The notes beneath the pieces are model-generated. The model was not told where the DNA came from, did no database searches, and saw only the letters and a program-made list of their open reading frames with translations. Shown here piece by piece: positions 1 to 9,170 of a stretch of 64,000 nt of DNA; the stretch's first letter is position 1, and every line of letters starts with the position of its first letter. This DNA comes from Clostridiales bacterium (GTDB taxonomy: Bacteria; Bacillota; Clostridia; Saccharofermentanales; Saccharofermentanaceae): the NCBI GenBank assembly GCA_017513085.1, contig JAFWDK010000027.1, positions 128,001 to 192,000 on the forward strand, written 5' to 3'. Both the position numbers and the translations under genes were made by a program.

Positions 1-252
1 CTCCCAGACCACCGTGACCGTGCCATGTGAAAGGCCGGTCGGGTGACAGTTTTCCTTGCCGAACACGGACATGACTTCCTCCGGCTCCGCACTGGTTGCC
101 ACATCAAAATCGTAGGGTTCTTTTCCCAAGAAAATATCGCGGACTGCTCCGCCGACGATATAGGCTTCAAAGCCGTGTGATTCCAGGCACTCCAGAAGTT
201 TCTGAAGTTTTTCCGGAACGATATATCTGTTCTTAATATCCGTAGAAGGCAT
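1..252 (-). CDS. cca: CCA tRNA nucleotidyltransferase, N-terminal part (continues beyond window start)
   Basis: Manual translation from ATG at 252: MPSTDIKNRY...HGFEAYIVGGAVRDIFLGKEPYDFDVATSA...HGTVTV; VGGAVRD and DxD motifs of class II nucleotidyltransferases. Confidence 0.9.
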   Translation of the reverse strand, partial: MPSTDIKNRYIVPEKLQKLLECLESHGFEAYIVGGAVRDIFLGKEPYDFDVATSAEPEEVMSVFGKENCHPTGLSHGTVTVVWE

Positions 253-306
253 GCGATCCGAGAAGAAAACTCTTCCTATCCCCCGTTTATTTCCTGTATT
301 TGACGG

Positions 307-1479
307 TCATCTCAATCTGCGAAGGATCGAAAGAAGCATGCGGTTATTCAGTTTCACCGGGCATCCCCAGTTCTTCACATCAAGAAGCACCATTTCCATG
401 ATGCCATTATAATCTTCGGCTTTCAAGCACGTAAGCGTATCCGGAATATTCACCCTTCGAAGAAGGCTTCTGATACCATCAATAAACGACCGGGCCGCCT
501 CATCCTGCGTTGCTTTTGCCGAGCAAAGATGCGAAGCGCGGGCCAACTCGGCCAGCTGGGCGGATATGACGTCGAACTCCATTTCCAGGATCAAAGGCAG
601 CACTGCTGCGCATGCGCGGCCTTGCGGAATTCCGTATTTCTCGGCGATCCGCATCGAGATACAGTGCGCAGGACCGAATCCGATCCGTCTTGACGCCACT
701 CCGGCATAGTACGGAGCCATCATCATCTGTAGATATTTTTCATTCGAAACACTGTGTTTGTAGCAAGGTTCCAGATATGAGAAAAAGATCGGAACGGCTA
801 CCATGACATTGGCACGATCTGCCGGGAACAGTGGCGAAACCGAGCTGACATAAGCTTCAATCGCGTGAGTCAGAGCCAGCATCGATGCCGACAGGAAACT
901 GTCGGTCGGAAGACGAAGCACCAGGTTCGGGTCCAGTACCACGGTCTTCGGCACCAGGTGTTCGCTGAAGAAAAAGCACATCTGCTGTTCATACTGGATA
1001 AAAGATACCGCCGAGCTCTCCGCTCCGCATCCCGTAGTCGCCACGGCATACAGATCCACGCCCGGATTCGGGATCATACCGACCCCGCGTAGCTGATATA
1101 ACGACTTAGTGGCATTTGTCACCCAGACTGAAACCATCTTGGCCACGTCGATCACGGTGCCGCCGCCAAAAGCAACTACCGCTTCACAGTTATACGTCTG
1201 GCACTGCGCCGCGCAACGTTCCACCGTTCGCGCGTCCGGGATCTTATCCACTTCCGAGTAGATGAAACAGCGCACGCCGGCCAGCGTCAAAGTCTCTATA
1301 AAAGCATCATAGAGTTTCAGTTTTTTCGTTTGTTTTCCGGAGATCAGATAGATACGCTTCACTTCACGCTGCGTCAGGAGCCTTGTCAATTCGGCAAAAG
1401 CACCCTCGTCCGCCATCACTTCCTGACGGCAGTCGTTCATTTTCCTTGCATAATGAAGAATCTCCCGATTCGCGCCCAT
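307..1479 (-). CDS. Iron-containing alcohol dehydrogenase family protein (two metal ligands substituted)
   Basis: GGGTVIDVAK, LTHAIEAY, GIPQG motifs; start placed at ATG 1479 behind a GGAGAAGG RBS. Confidence 0.85.
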   Translation of the reverse strand: MGANREILHYARKMNDCRQEVMADEGAFAELTRLLTQREVKRIYLISGKQTKKLKLYDAFIETLTLAGVRCFIYSEVDKIPDARTVERCAAQCQTYNCEAVVAFGGGTVIDVAKMVSVWVTNATKSLYQLRGVGMIPNPGVDLYAVATTGCGAESSAVSFIQYEQQMCFFFSEHLVPKTVVLDPNLVLRLPTDSFLSASMLALTHAIEAYVSSVSPLFPADRANVMVAVPIFFSYLEPCYKHSVSNEKYLQMMMAPYYAGVASRRIGFGPAHCISMRIAEKYGIPQGRACAAVLPLILEMEFDVISAQLAELARASHLCSAKATQDEAARSFIDGIRSLLRRVNIPDTLTCLKAEDYNGIMEMVLLDVKNWGCPVKLNNRMLLSILRRLR

Positions 1480-1673
1480 ATCCAAGCCTTCTCCTTCTCC
1501 CCCAAGAGGGCACCACCCTCTACTGAATAAATTAAGTATACCATGAAGAAGTGCTTTTCGGGCGGAAAAATCGCGAGACGGATCCACAAAGGAAATGGCA
1601 TATCCTTTTTCAGATCATGTCTGTTATAATGTTAATTGGACAAGTTTTTCACAGAAAGACGAGGTAAAGGCAT

Positions 1674-4103
1674 ATGAAGTTTACGGATGGTCTATGGATA
1701 GCAAAAGATGGTTTTAAGATCGAAACACCGAAAGAGATCGCCGATATCGGCCATTCCGACTCCGGCATCACGCTTTTCGCGCCTTACGAGGAGCAGAACT
1801 CCAAGCTCGATTCCATCGGTTGCGGTCTGCTGTCCGTCAAGATCAGCGCACCGGCAGCCAATATGCTTTCTGTTAAGATCACAAATTTCAAGGGACGCCG
1901 GGAAGCTAAAGCGTTTTTTGAATTGAACCGTGCTTCCGTGACTCCTGTCAGCAGTGAGAACGAAGAGGCATATATCTATGCATCCAGTCTTTTGGAAGCC
2001 CGTATCAGTAAAGACGGTTCCTGGGGCATCTCGTTCTTCTTCTCCGGAAATTACCTGACATCCACCAATCTCGGTGGAATGGCCCACATCATCGGGCCGG
2101 ACGGTCGTTCGTACATCCGTGAGCAGCTTGACTTAAGTGATGACGAATATATCTATGGTCTGGGTGAACTCCCGGGGAATTTCATCAGAAACGGCGGATC
2201 CTATACCGTCTGGAACGAAGATGCAGGCATAGATTACGGCAAGTCATCCAAATGCGTGCCTTTTATTCTTTCTTCCAATAACTATGGTGTTCTTGTCAAC
2301 AGCACCGGCCGTGTGGAGTTTGAAATCGCGAATGACGCCACCACCGGAACAGGTGAATCCGGCAACTTCTCCCGCGCCCAGTTCTCTGTGGAAGGCGAGA
2401 CAATGGAATACATTCTTATCGGCGGCGCTTCTCCGAAGCATGTCCTGAACCTTTATACCGAACTGGTAGGTAATCCGGCTCTTCCGCCGGCCTGGTCCTT
2501 CGGTCCTTGGTTCTCCACCTCCATGCTGGCCGATTATGACGAAGAGACCATCATCGATACAGTGGAAAGATACCGCTCTCAGGGCATCCCGCTTTCGGTA
2601 CTTCACTTTTCTCCTTTCTGGATGAAGGAATTTGAGTGGACAAGTTTCCTTTGGGACAGCGAGCGTTTCCCGAACCCTTCCCAGATGATCCGTAAACTGC
2701 ACGAGAAGGGCGTACGTGTCTGTCTGTGGATCAGTCCGTATATTGCGCAGAGATCTCCTTTGTTCCGTGAAGGAATGGAGGGCAACTACTTTATCAATAC
2801 AGGTGATGGAAATCCTTGGCAGAGTGATTATCGTCAGGCCGGGGCCGCTATGATCGACTTCAGTCTTCCTGTCGTGCGCGCCTGGTACCAGAAATTTCTC
2901 GACGAACTGATCCGTATGGGCGTGGATTCCTTCCAGCTGGACTATGGTGCTGACGCGCCTATCGCCGATCCTTCCTTCGGCGCATATGCCAGCAAGCTCG
3001 GTATCACCTATAAGAACAAATTTGATGCGGAGAGTATGCATAATTACTATGCCTACCTCTTCAGCGATACAGTATTTGAGATCCTGGAGAAGAGATACGG
3101 ACAGAATAACGCTTGTATCCTCTCCCACGCCGGCACGGTCGGTTCTCAAAAATTCCCGTTCCTTTCTTTGGATAACACGGCTACTTCCTATGACGCCATG
3201 AAGACTGTCATCCAAAGCGGACTGAATCTATCCATCAGCGGCTTCCCGTTCTGGAGCCAGAATATCGGAGGTCTAGGCGACGATTGCACACCGGATCTTT
3301 TCATGCGTTGGCATGCAGCAGCTACGTTTGCGCCACATGCAAATGCCATCGGCGTGAATATCCCGAAGGATCCTTGGAATTTCGGAGCGGATGCTATTTC
3401 CGAGGTCATGCTTTTCTCGAAACTGAAACTCGGTCTGATGCCGTACATCTTCTCTTCTGCGGTTGAATCCAGCACGATGGGCACACCTTTGGTCCGTCCA
3501 ATGCTTCTGGAATTCCCGGGAGATCCGAATACATATACATTGGATCAGCAGTATATGCTGGGTGGCAATCTTCTCGTTGCGCCGATCACGCAGGCAGACG
3601 GCATCGTCCGTTACTACGTTCCTTCCGGCGTCTGGACCAACCTTCTTACCCGTGAGCGCGTGGAAGGTCCGATCTGGAAGAACGAGCAGCACGACTATAC
3701 ATCCATGCCGATCCTCGCCAGACCGGGAACGATCCTGGTTGCCGGCACGACGGATGAAACGCCGCTCTATAACTATATGGAAAATGTCACCATCACATTG
3801 TTTGAGATTCCGGAAAACAAAGAGATCACTGCAGATGTCTATTCCGCCGATCTGAAGAACATGGGACTTGTACGCGTCATGAAAAAAGGAGACCGTCTGG
3901 GTCTGATGACACAGGGTATCGTCGGACAGATCCGACTTCTTCTGGCCAACGTATTTAACGTCAGTTCCGTTTCTTCCGGTTTCCCTGAGCTCAACGAGTG
4001 GGGTACTATGGTCGTTTATGACGGAGACCGTATCGAGATCACGCTTATGTCGGACGGCACAGAGCAGCCGGCAGACCAGGCACCGGAACAGCCGGAGCAG
4101 TAA
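1674..4103 (+). CDS. Glycoside hydrolase family 31 protein, alpha-xylosidase YicI-like (active site looks degenerate)
   Basis: MKFTDGLW N-terminus, PALPPAWSFG, VCLWISPYIAQRS, PLVRPMLLEFP, QYMLGGNLLVAP match YicI. Confidence 0.9.
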   Translation: MKFTDGLWIAKDGFKIETPKEIADIGHSDSGITLFAPYEEQNSKLDSIGCGLLSVKISAPAANMLSVKITNFKGRREAKAFFELNRASVTPVSSENEEAYIYASSLLEARISKDGSWGISFFFSGNYLTSTNLGGMAHIIGPDGRSYIREQLDLSDDEYIYGLGELPGNFIRNGGSYTVWNEDAGIDYGKSSKCVPFILSSNNYGVLVNSTGRVEFEIANDATTGTGESGNFSRAQFSVEGETMEYILIGGASPKHVLNLYTELVGNPALPPAWSFGPWFSTSMLADYDEETIIDTVERYRSQGIPLSVLHFSPFWMKEFEWTSFLWDSERFPNPSQMIRKLHEKGVRVCLWISPYIAQRSPLFREGMEGNYFINTGDGNPWQSDYRQAGAAMIDFSLPVVRAWYQKFLDELIRMGVDSFQLDYGADAPIADPSFGAYASKLGITYKNKFDAESMHNYYAYLFSDTVFEILEKRYGQNNACILSHAGTVGSQKFPFLSLDNTATSYDAMKTVIQSGLNLSISGFPFWSQNIGGLGDDCTPDLFMRWHAAATFAPHANAIGVNIPKDPWNFGADAISEVMLFSKLKLGLMPYIFSSAVESSTMGTPLVRPMLLEFPGDPNTYTLDQQYMLGGNLLVAPITQADGIVRYYVPSGVWTNLLTRERVEGPIWKNEQHDYTSMPILARPGTILVAGTTDETPLYNYMENVTITLFEIPENKEITADVYSADLKNMGLVRVMKKGDRLGLMTQGIVGQIRLLLANVFNVSSVSSGFPELNEWGTMVVYDGDRIEITLMSDGTEQPADQAPEQPEQ

Positions 4104-4159
4104 GCGGAATCAGCAAACCGAAAACAGTAGACCGCAACCGGTGATCTGATCTGTATAGA

Positions 4160-5329
4160 TCAGTATCTTCTGTTACGCACTTTTGAGACGATCATCACGA
4201 TGATAATGATGGCGCTGACTGCAACCAGCAATCCGCCAATGATCGTGCGCGAGGAAAACTCCGAGTCAATAAAGTCCAGGAAACCCGGTTCGGACCCGGG
4301 TGTAGGTGTCGGTGTCGCCGGGACAGGCGTAGGCGTAGGTGTCGGCGTCGGCGTAGCAGTAGGTCTCGGGCCGGGACGGATCGAAACCTCAGAACAGACT
4401 TGCTTTTCGAAACGCACTGTCTGCATGGAAGAAACTTCCTCGACAACACCATCAAAAGGCTCAGCAAGATAAGCATCGTAAAGCGAGAGTTCTTTTGAAG
4501 CAATAGCGGTCTTTCCTGCACGGATCGTAAGTTCGGAAGAGAGGATCGAAATCTCGCCCTCCGGTGCAAATACAGCAGTATGATCCATACCGGAAGAATG
4601 AACGGAAACCTTGCTCCCGTTTTCGATCTGGATATTCTTCGTTCCATAGATCACGCTTTCCGATGCGGAGAGATCCAATACCGAATCTGCTCCTGTGATG
4701 CGGATATTTCCATCCATGGCGACGAGCGCGCGGGATAAGGAGTCTACGGTGATTTTGGAATCCTCGATCATGAGGTCTCCGGAAGTATTGCCGATGGCGC
4801 CTCCGGTTGAGGCAACCTTATCATGGATCGTCAGAGCAGAAGACTGAACCGACAACGGACCATCGCTCATAACCAGATATTCCGTGTTTTCTGTCGCACC
4901 GGTCCCCTCGACCGTGACCGTCGTTTGGGACAGCGAAAGAGAACCGCCCTGCGCATAGAGCGCAGCGTGACATGCAGATGTGGTGAGGGAAAGCGATCCT
5001 TCTCCTTCTATCTTCAAAGAACCGGAAACATGGATCGCCGGAGATTCAAGGTTCGACGCAACCTTATTTTCTCCGGAAAGCTGGATAGTGGCTTCTTCCT
5101 GCGTGCCCAGGTCAATGTAAAGTCCGTCATACCCATCCAGGGAAAGAGTATGTGTTTCGGAATCGAATTTCCAGTTATCGCCTTTGCAGTCACGGCTTAC
5201 GGCAAAGACTTTGCCATCCACTATGATCGTCTTGTTATCTTTCGCCATGACCGGCATGCTGTGAAGCATCAAGATGCACGCAACTATCAACATTCCGATA
5301 AGATGATGTTTTTTTCTGTTTATACCCAT
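4160..5329 (-). CDS. Secreted membrane-anchored protein, probable beta-helix carbohydrate-binding domain (Cthe_2159-like) with Pro/Thr linker and C-terminal TM
   Basis: Signal peptide, repetitive beta-strand pattern (GSLKIEGEGSLSL), PTPTPT linker, hydrophobic helix and basic tail. Confidence 0.6.
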   Translation of the reverse strand: MGINRKKHHLIGMLIVACILMLHSMPVMAKDNKTIIVDGKVFAVSRDCKGDNWKFDSETHTLSLDGYDGLYIDLGTQEEATIQLSGENKVASNLESPAIHVSGSLKIEGEGSLSLTTSACHAALYAQGGSLSLSQTTVTVEGTGATENTEYLVMSDGPLSVQSSALTIHDKVASTGGAIGNTSGDLMIEDSKITVDSLSRALVAMDGNIRITGADSVLDLSASESVIYGTKNIQIENGSKVSVHSSGMDHTAVFAPEGEISILSSELTIRAGKTAIASKELSLYDAYLAEPFDGVVEEVSSMQTVRFEKQVCSEVSIRPGPRPTATPTPTPTPTPVPATPTPTPGSEPGFLDFIDSEFSSRTIIGGLLVAVSAIIIIVMIVSKVRNRRY

Positions 5330-5394
5330 TTCCCGCTCCTTTAGAACACCAAGTTGTCGTACACACTATATCATATCCCGGCCAAAATTTCGCC

Positions 5395-5423
5395 TTGACA
5401 TTTATTGAAGCAACCACGATAAT
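5395..5423 (+). promoter_or_regulatory. SigA-type promoter of the tRNA gene
   Basis: TTGACA-17 nt-GATAAT, 13 nt upstream of tRNA start. Confidence 0.75.
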
Positions 5424-5436
5424 AGGGAAGTGATTC

Positions 5437-5512
5437 GGGGCATTAGCTCAGCTGGGAGAGCGCCAGGTTCGCAATCTGGAGGTCGTGAGTTCGATCCTCA
5501 TATGCTCCACCA
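5437..5512 (+). tRNA. tRNA-Ala (anticodon CGC)
   Basis: 76-nt cloverleaf GGGGCAT...ATGCTCC-ACCA, G3:U70 identity pair, anticodon arm CCAGG-TTCGCAA-TCTGG, TTCGA loop. Confidence 0.97.
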
Positions 5513-5516
5513 AGAG

Positions 5517-5563
5517 AAAGGGCGTCTCAAAGTGATGCAAATCATTTTGAGACGCCTCTTTTT
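5517..5563. terminator. Intrinsic, probably bidirectional, terminator
   Basis: GGCGTCTCAAAGTGAT...ATCATTTTGAGACGCC hairpin followed by a T tract, between convergent genes. Confidence 0.8.
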
Positions 5564-5608
5564 ATGCAGATTTTGAAATGAACATAATCAGATTACGGCT
5601 CCACAGTT

Positions 5609-6610
5609 TTAACATTTCTTCGTTTCTTCGTATTGAATAACCGGGTGCTCAAAATCTATCTTTTTCACTTCCTCGCCCGTCAGGAAAAAGCACTCGATCC
5701 CTGGATAAAGCCATGAATCTTCCGTTCCGTCATCCAGTGTCCATCTTTGCTCGATCATATCTCCTCTGAAACCTACGTATCTTGTCTCGACAGCACCATC
5801 AGAAAAATGCACCGTGATCGTGACCACAACATCTTCAAATATCGCGTTGTAATATTCGACTATTTCTTCATCCGAAGGCGGCATAACTTCTTGCCTTATG
5901 CTGCCATCCGGCATTATGGTTTCATTCAAGACTTCAGGCTCCAGATCATAATACATCTGTTCCAGATCCGGCCGATCGATTATTTCCTTTACAAGAAAGA
6001 ATTCGAAGAACTTCTTATCCGTAAAAGGATAGTTGATCGTATAACTGCCATAATACCTTTGCCCGGGAACATTACGCGGATTATAGTCCGGGATAACTTC
6101 AAAATAATCAGCATAGTACGGCTTGATTTCAATTCCATGAAAATTGTCACTTGGGCCGATTCCTTTATGCTGCACCTCGGCAAATGAATTATAAAATGAG
6201 TATTCTACACTTTTCACATCTTCACCCTGAACATCAAAGCCGAGCGAAAACTCACAGGTTTCGGGGCCACATGAGATTCCCTTCTCTGCCAAAAAGTCAT
6301 TCGGATAAGTTAATGGTAACGATCCTCCATCCTCCATTTCCTGCGCGTTGACCGTTATAGCAAACGGATTCGCTTTTGATTTCTTTCGGGCGAATTGATT
6401 CCTGGCAACGAAAAAGATCAGTGCCGCCGCAGCAGCAGCTGAAGCAAAAGCAACTACCCGGATCAGCATTCTCTTTTTTTTTCTCTTTGTCTCATCGGAA
6501 GACCGCGTCGCGGCCGGCAAGTCCGGAAGATTTGCCAGTACGTCTTCTGCCTTAGTCCGGACAATATCCGGAATGATAATTTCTTTTTGGAATATATTAG
6601 GATTATTCAT
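5609..6610 (-). CDS. Putative anti-sigma factor (single TM, large extracytoplasmic domain)
   Basis: Directly downstream of ECF sigma; short N-terminal cytoplasmic part, TM helix, acidic external domain. Confidence 0.65.
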   Translation of the reverse strand: MNNPNIFQKEIIIPDIVRTKAEDVLANLPDLPAATRSSDETKRKKKRMLIRVVAFASAAAAAALIFFVARNQFARKKSKANPFAITVNAQEMEDGGSLPLTYPNDFLAEKGISCGPETCEFSLGFDVQGEDVKSVEYSFYNSFAEVQHKGIGPSDNFHGIEIKPYYADYFEVIPDYNPRNVPGQRYYGSYTINYPFTDKKFFEFFLVKEIIDRPDLEQMYYDLEPEVLNETIMPDGSIRQEVMPPSDEEIVEYYNAIFEDVVVTITVHFSDGAVETRYVGFRGDMIEQRWTLDDGTEDSWLYPGIECFFLTGEEVKKIDFEHPVIQYEETKKC

Positions 6611-6625
6611 CTTTACACCTCTTTC

Positions 6626-7135
6626 CTATCGAAAATCACCATAGTACTTCGCGAGGATCTCTCTTCCTCTCTGAAGCCTGGTGGTTACAGTGCTTTTGCT
6701 AAGCCCCGCCAATTCCGCGATCTCACTTGTTTTATAATCGTACACGTAGTAAAGAGTCATAACGAGACGATACTTCTCATCCAGTTTACTCATGGCTTCT
6801 TTAAGCTCGATATTGTATTCGTCCTCGGATACCGGCTCTTCCCACTCCGAAAGATCCGTATATCTTTTTCTGTCATTCAGGATGGCGTAACAGTTATTGA
6901 TCAGGATCCGTATCAGCCAGGTACTGAAATACTTCTCTTCGCGCAGTGTCGAGATCTTTTCCCAGCAGTTCAGGATCGAATCCTGTATGGCATCAGCCAC
7001 ATCTTCATCATTCATGAGAATAGAAAGGCTGACTTTATACATTTGTGTCATGTTCCGCCGGATCAGTTCCGCAAAAGCATCTTTGTCTCTGGTTTTGGCC
7101 AAATACACAAGTTGTTCCGTTTCCTTGTTCTTCAT
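6626..7135 (-). CDS. ECF RNA polymerase sigma factor
   Basis: DVADAIQD, FSTWLIRILIN, EIAELAGLSKSTVTTRLQRGR; ATG 7135 has a GGAGG RBS. Confidence 0.92.
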   Translation of the reverse strand: MKNKETEQLVYLAKTRDKDAFAELIRRNMTQMYKVSLSILMNDEDVADAIQDSILNCWEKISTLREEKYFSTWLIRILINNCYAILNDRKRYTDLSEWEEPVSEDEYNIELKEAMSKLDEKYRLVMTLYYVYDYKTSEIAELAGLSKSTVTTRLQRGREILAKYYGDFR

Positions 7136-7301
7136 CAACACCTCCGCAGGAAAATTCAATTTGGATCCCAGCTTTTTCTCCCTACACTCATTAGATAAAG
7201 TTTATAGCATTTTGGTCTCACAAAACAAAAAATCGGCTGTGCCCGCCGAAGATTTGCTTCGTATCCACACAGCCGTTTCTATGATTGCATCTATATATAT
7301 G

Positions 7302-7380
7302 TTTCCCGACTATACAAAAACCCCGTTTTTCACTACGGTGAACCGTCATAAAAAAGGCGGTTTTTATATATGCCGGAAAA
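7302..7380. repeat. ~78-bp imperfect palindrome, copy 1 of a dispersed repeat
   Basis: Arms of ~37 nt around a TGAA loop; similar to 32475-32552. Confidence 0.75.
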
Positions 7381-7410
7381 GTATATAGCAAACCCAAGGG
7401 TCCGCACCAA

Positions 7411-8337
7411 TTACTTCAAGAAGCCGTTGATGATCTGCTCTTCTGCTTCCTGCTCGGTCAGTCCGAATGTCATCAGCTTGATCAGCTGATCGCCGGCGAT
7501 CTTTCCGATTGCCGCCTCATGAACGAGCGCAGCGTCGACATTATTCGCTTCGAGACCAGGAACAGCCAGGATACGGCCGTTATCCATGATGATCGCATCG
7601 CACTCGGTATGACCGGAGCAAGCCGCATTACCTGTCAACACCGCATCGAACTTCTGATAGGAATCATCTCTGGCAACAGAACGGGAAACGACATCTGCCG
7701 AGCTTCTTTCACCGTTGAGATCTACACGGTAGTTGCTGATCGCATTCTGGCTGCCATGAGTCATGAGACGCTCATGAACGACCAGTCTCGCGCCCTTGCC
7801 CAGTTCGGCTTTGGTATCACGGACGGTGTCATCGACGCCCTTGATCTGGGTCATCTCCATCTCCATGTAGCTGTCTTCTTCCATATACACTTCCGTTCCC
7901 GGATTCAGGATACGCTTGCCTGAACCATCGCCGGAACCATAGTGTTTCTCGACATACTTTACCTTCGAACCACGCCCGACAAAGAAGCGATGAATACCAT
8001 CGTGCTCGGAATCCTTCGGCCCGCAGTTATCGATACCGCAACCTGCCACGATCACGACATCACAGTCTTCTCCGATATAAAAGTCGTTATAGACGATCTC
8101 TTTAATGCCACTGGCCGTCATAACTACCGGAATATGCACACTCTCGTTCTTCGTACCCGGCTTGATCTTAATGTCGATGCCGGAACCATTCTCTTTCGGT
8201 GTAATCTCGATATTCGCCGTAGAATTTCTCGCTACAGCCTGACCATTGGCGCGTATGTTAAAAGCACCTACCGGAACTTTATGCAGATCGGCAACTTCTT
8301 CCAAAAGACGATCGGATACAGAATCCAGATTCAACAT
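7411..8337 (-). CDS. sufB: SufB/SufD family Fe-S cluster assembly protein (SmsB-like)
   Basis: VHIPV, GHTECDAII, VHEAAIGKI, GLTEQEAEEQIINGFL; ATG overlaps the sufC stop (TAATG). Confidence 0.88.
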   Translation of the reverse strand: MLNLDSVSDRLLEEVADLHKVPVGAFNIRANGQAVARNSTANIEITPKENGSGIDIKIKPGTKNESVHIPVVMTASGIKEIVYNDFYIGEDCDVVIVAGCGIDNCGPKDSEHDGIHRFFVGRGSKVKYVEKHYGSGDGSGKRILNPGTEVYMEEDSYMEMEMTQIKGVDDTVRDTKAELGKGARLVVHERLMTHGSQNAISNYRVDLNGERSSADVVSRSVARDDSYQKFDAVLTGNAACSGHTECDAIIMDNGRILAVPGLEANNVDAALVHEAAIGKIAGDQLIKLMTFGLTEQEAEEQIINGFLK

Positions 8338-9086
8338 TACTCCTCGCCTCCTTCCAAAGCCCGTTCTTTCTCGCAACGCTTCACGGCCGACATCGTTCCG
8401 GCCAGTTTCGGCAGGATCTCCTCTTTCGGTCCATGCTCAACAAGCTTACCATCGCTTAAGACGATGATCTCATCCGCAATATTCAGGATCCTCTCCTGAT
8501 GCGAAATGATCAGGATCGAACTGTCCTTGATTTCTTTTCTCATACCTTCGAAAACCTTGATGAGGTTCTGGAAACTCCAAAGATCGATACCCGCCTCCGG
8601 CTCATCGAACACGGAAAGCTGGGAAGCCTTGGCCAAAACGGTCGCAATCTCGATACGCTTCAGTTCTCCACCCGAAAGGCTGGCATTTACTTCACGATTG
8701 ATGTAATCTCTCGCGCACAGACCTACAGCAGAAAGATACTTACAAGCATCGACAGATGACAGCTTGGTACCTGTCGCCAGACGGATCAGGTCAAAGACCT
8801 GCAGTCCCTTAAACCTTACCGGCTGCTGGAAAGCAAAACCGATACCGGCTCTAGCGCGGTCCGTGATCGACATATCCGTAATATCCTGACCATTAAACAG
8901 GATCTTACCCGAAGTGGGCTTGATGATGCCCGCGATCAGCTTGGCCATCGTAGACTTACCGCCACCATTCGGTCCGGTGATCACGGTAAGATGCCCGTCC
9001 GGGATCTTAAAACTGATGTCATGCAGGATGCCGATATCCTGCCCTTCCTCATTCACTTCGAATGAGACATGCTGCAATTCAAGCAT
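8337..9086 (-). CDS. sufC: Fe-S cluster assembly ABC ATPase (SufC/SmsC-like)
   Basis: GPNGGGKST, RARAGIGFAFQQP, LSGGELKRIEI, DEPEAGID. Confidence 0.88.
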   Translation of the reverse strand: MLELQHVSFEVNEEGQDIGILHDISFKIPDGHLTVITGPNGGGKSTMAKLIAGIIKPTSGKILFNGQDITDMSITDRARAGIGFAFQQPVRFKGLQVFDLIRLATGTKLSSVDACKYLSAVGLCARDYINREVNASLSGGELKRIEIATVLAKASQLSVFDEPEAGIDLWSFQNLIKVFEGMRKEIKDSSILIISHQERILNIADEIIVLSDGKLVEHGPKEEILPKLAGTMSAVKRCEKERALEGGEE

Positions 9087-9170
9087 GATTATCTCCTTGT
9101 CTAGGGAATTATATTATTTCAGTGCTTTTGGCACGGCAGAAGAAACTGCTTGAGTCCGTGGCGGCACTGA

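Noticed and set aside
4290-4365. GT-rich short repeats
   Set aside because: They encode an ordinary Pro/Thr linker on the minus strand
5437-7410. ECF/anti-sigma pair as an island integrated at tRNA-Ala
   Set aside because: No duplicated tRNA 3' end or integrase seen; the CGCACCA near 7403 is too short a match
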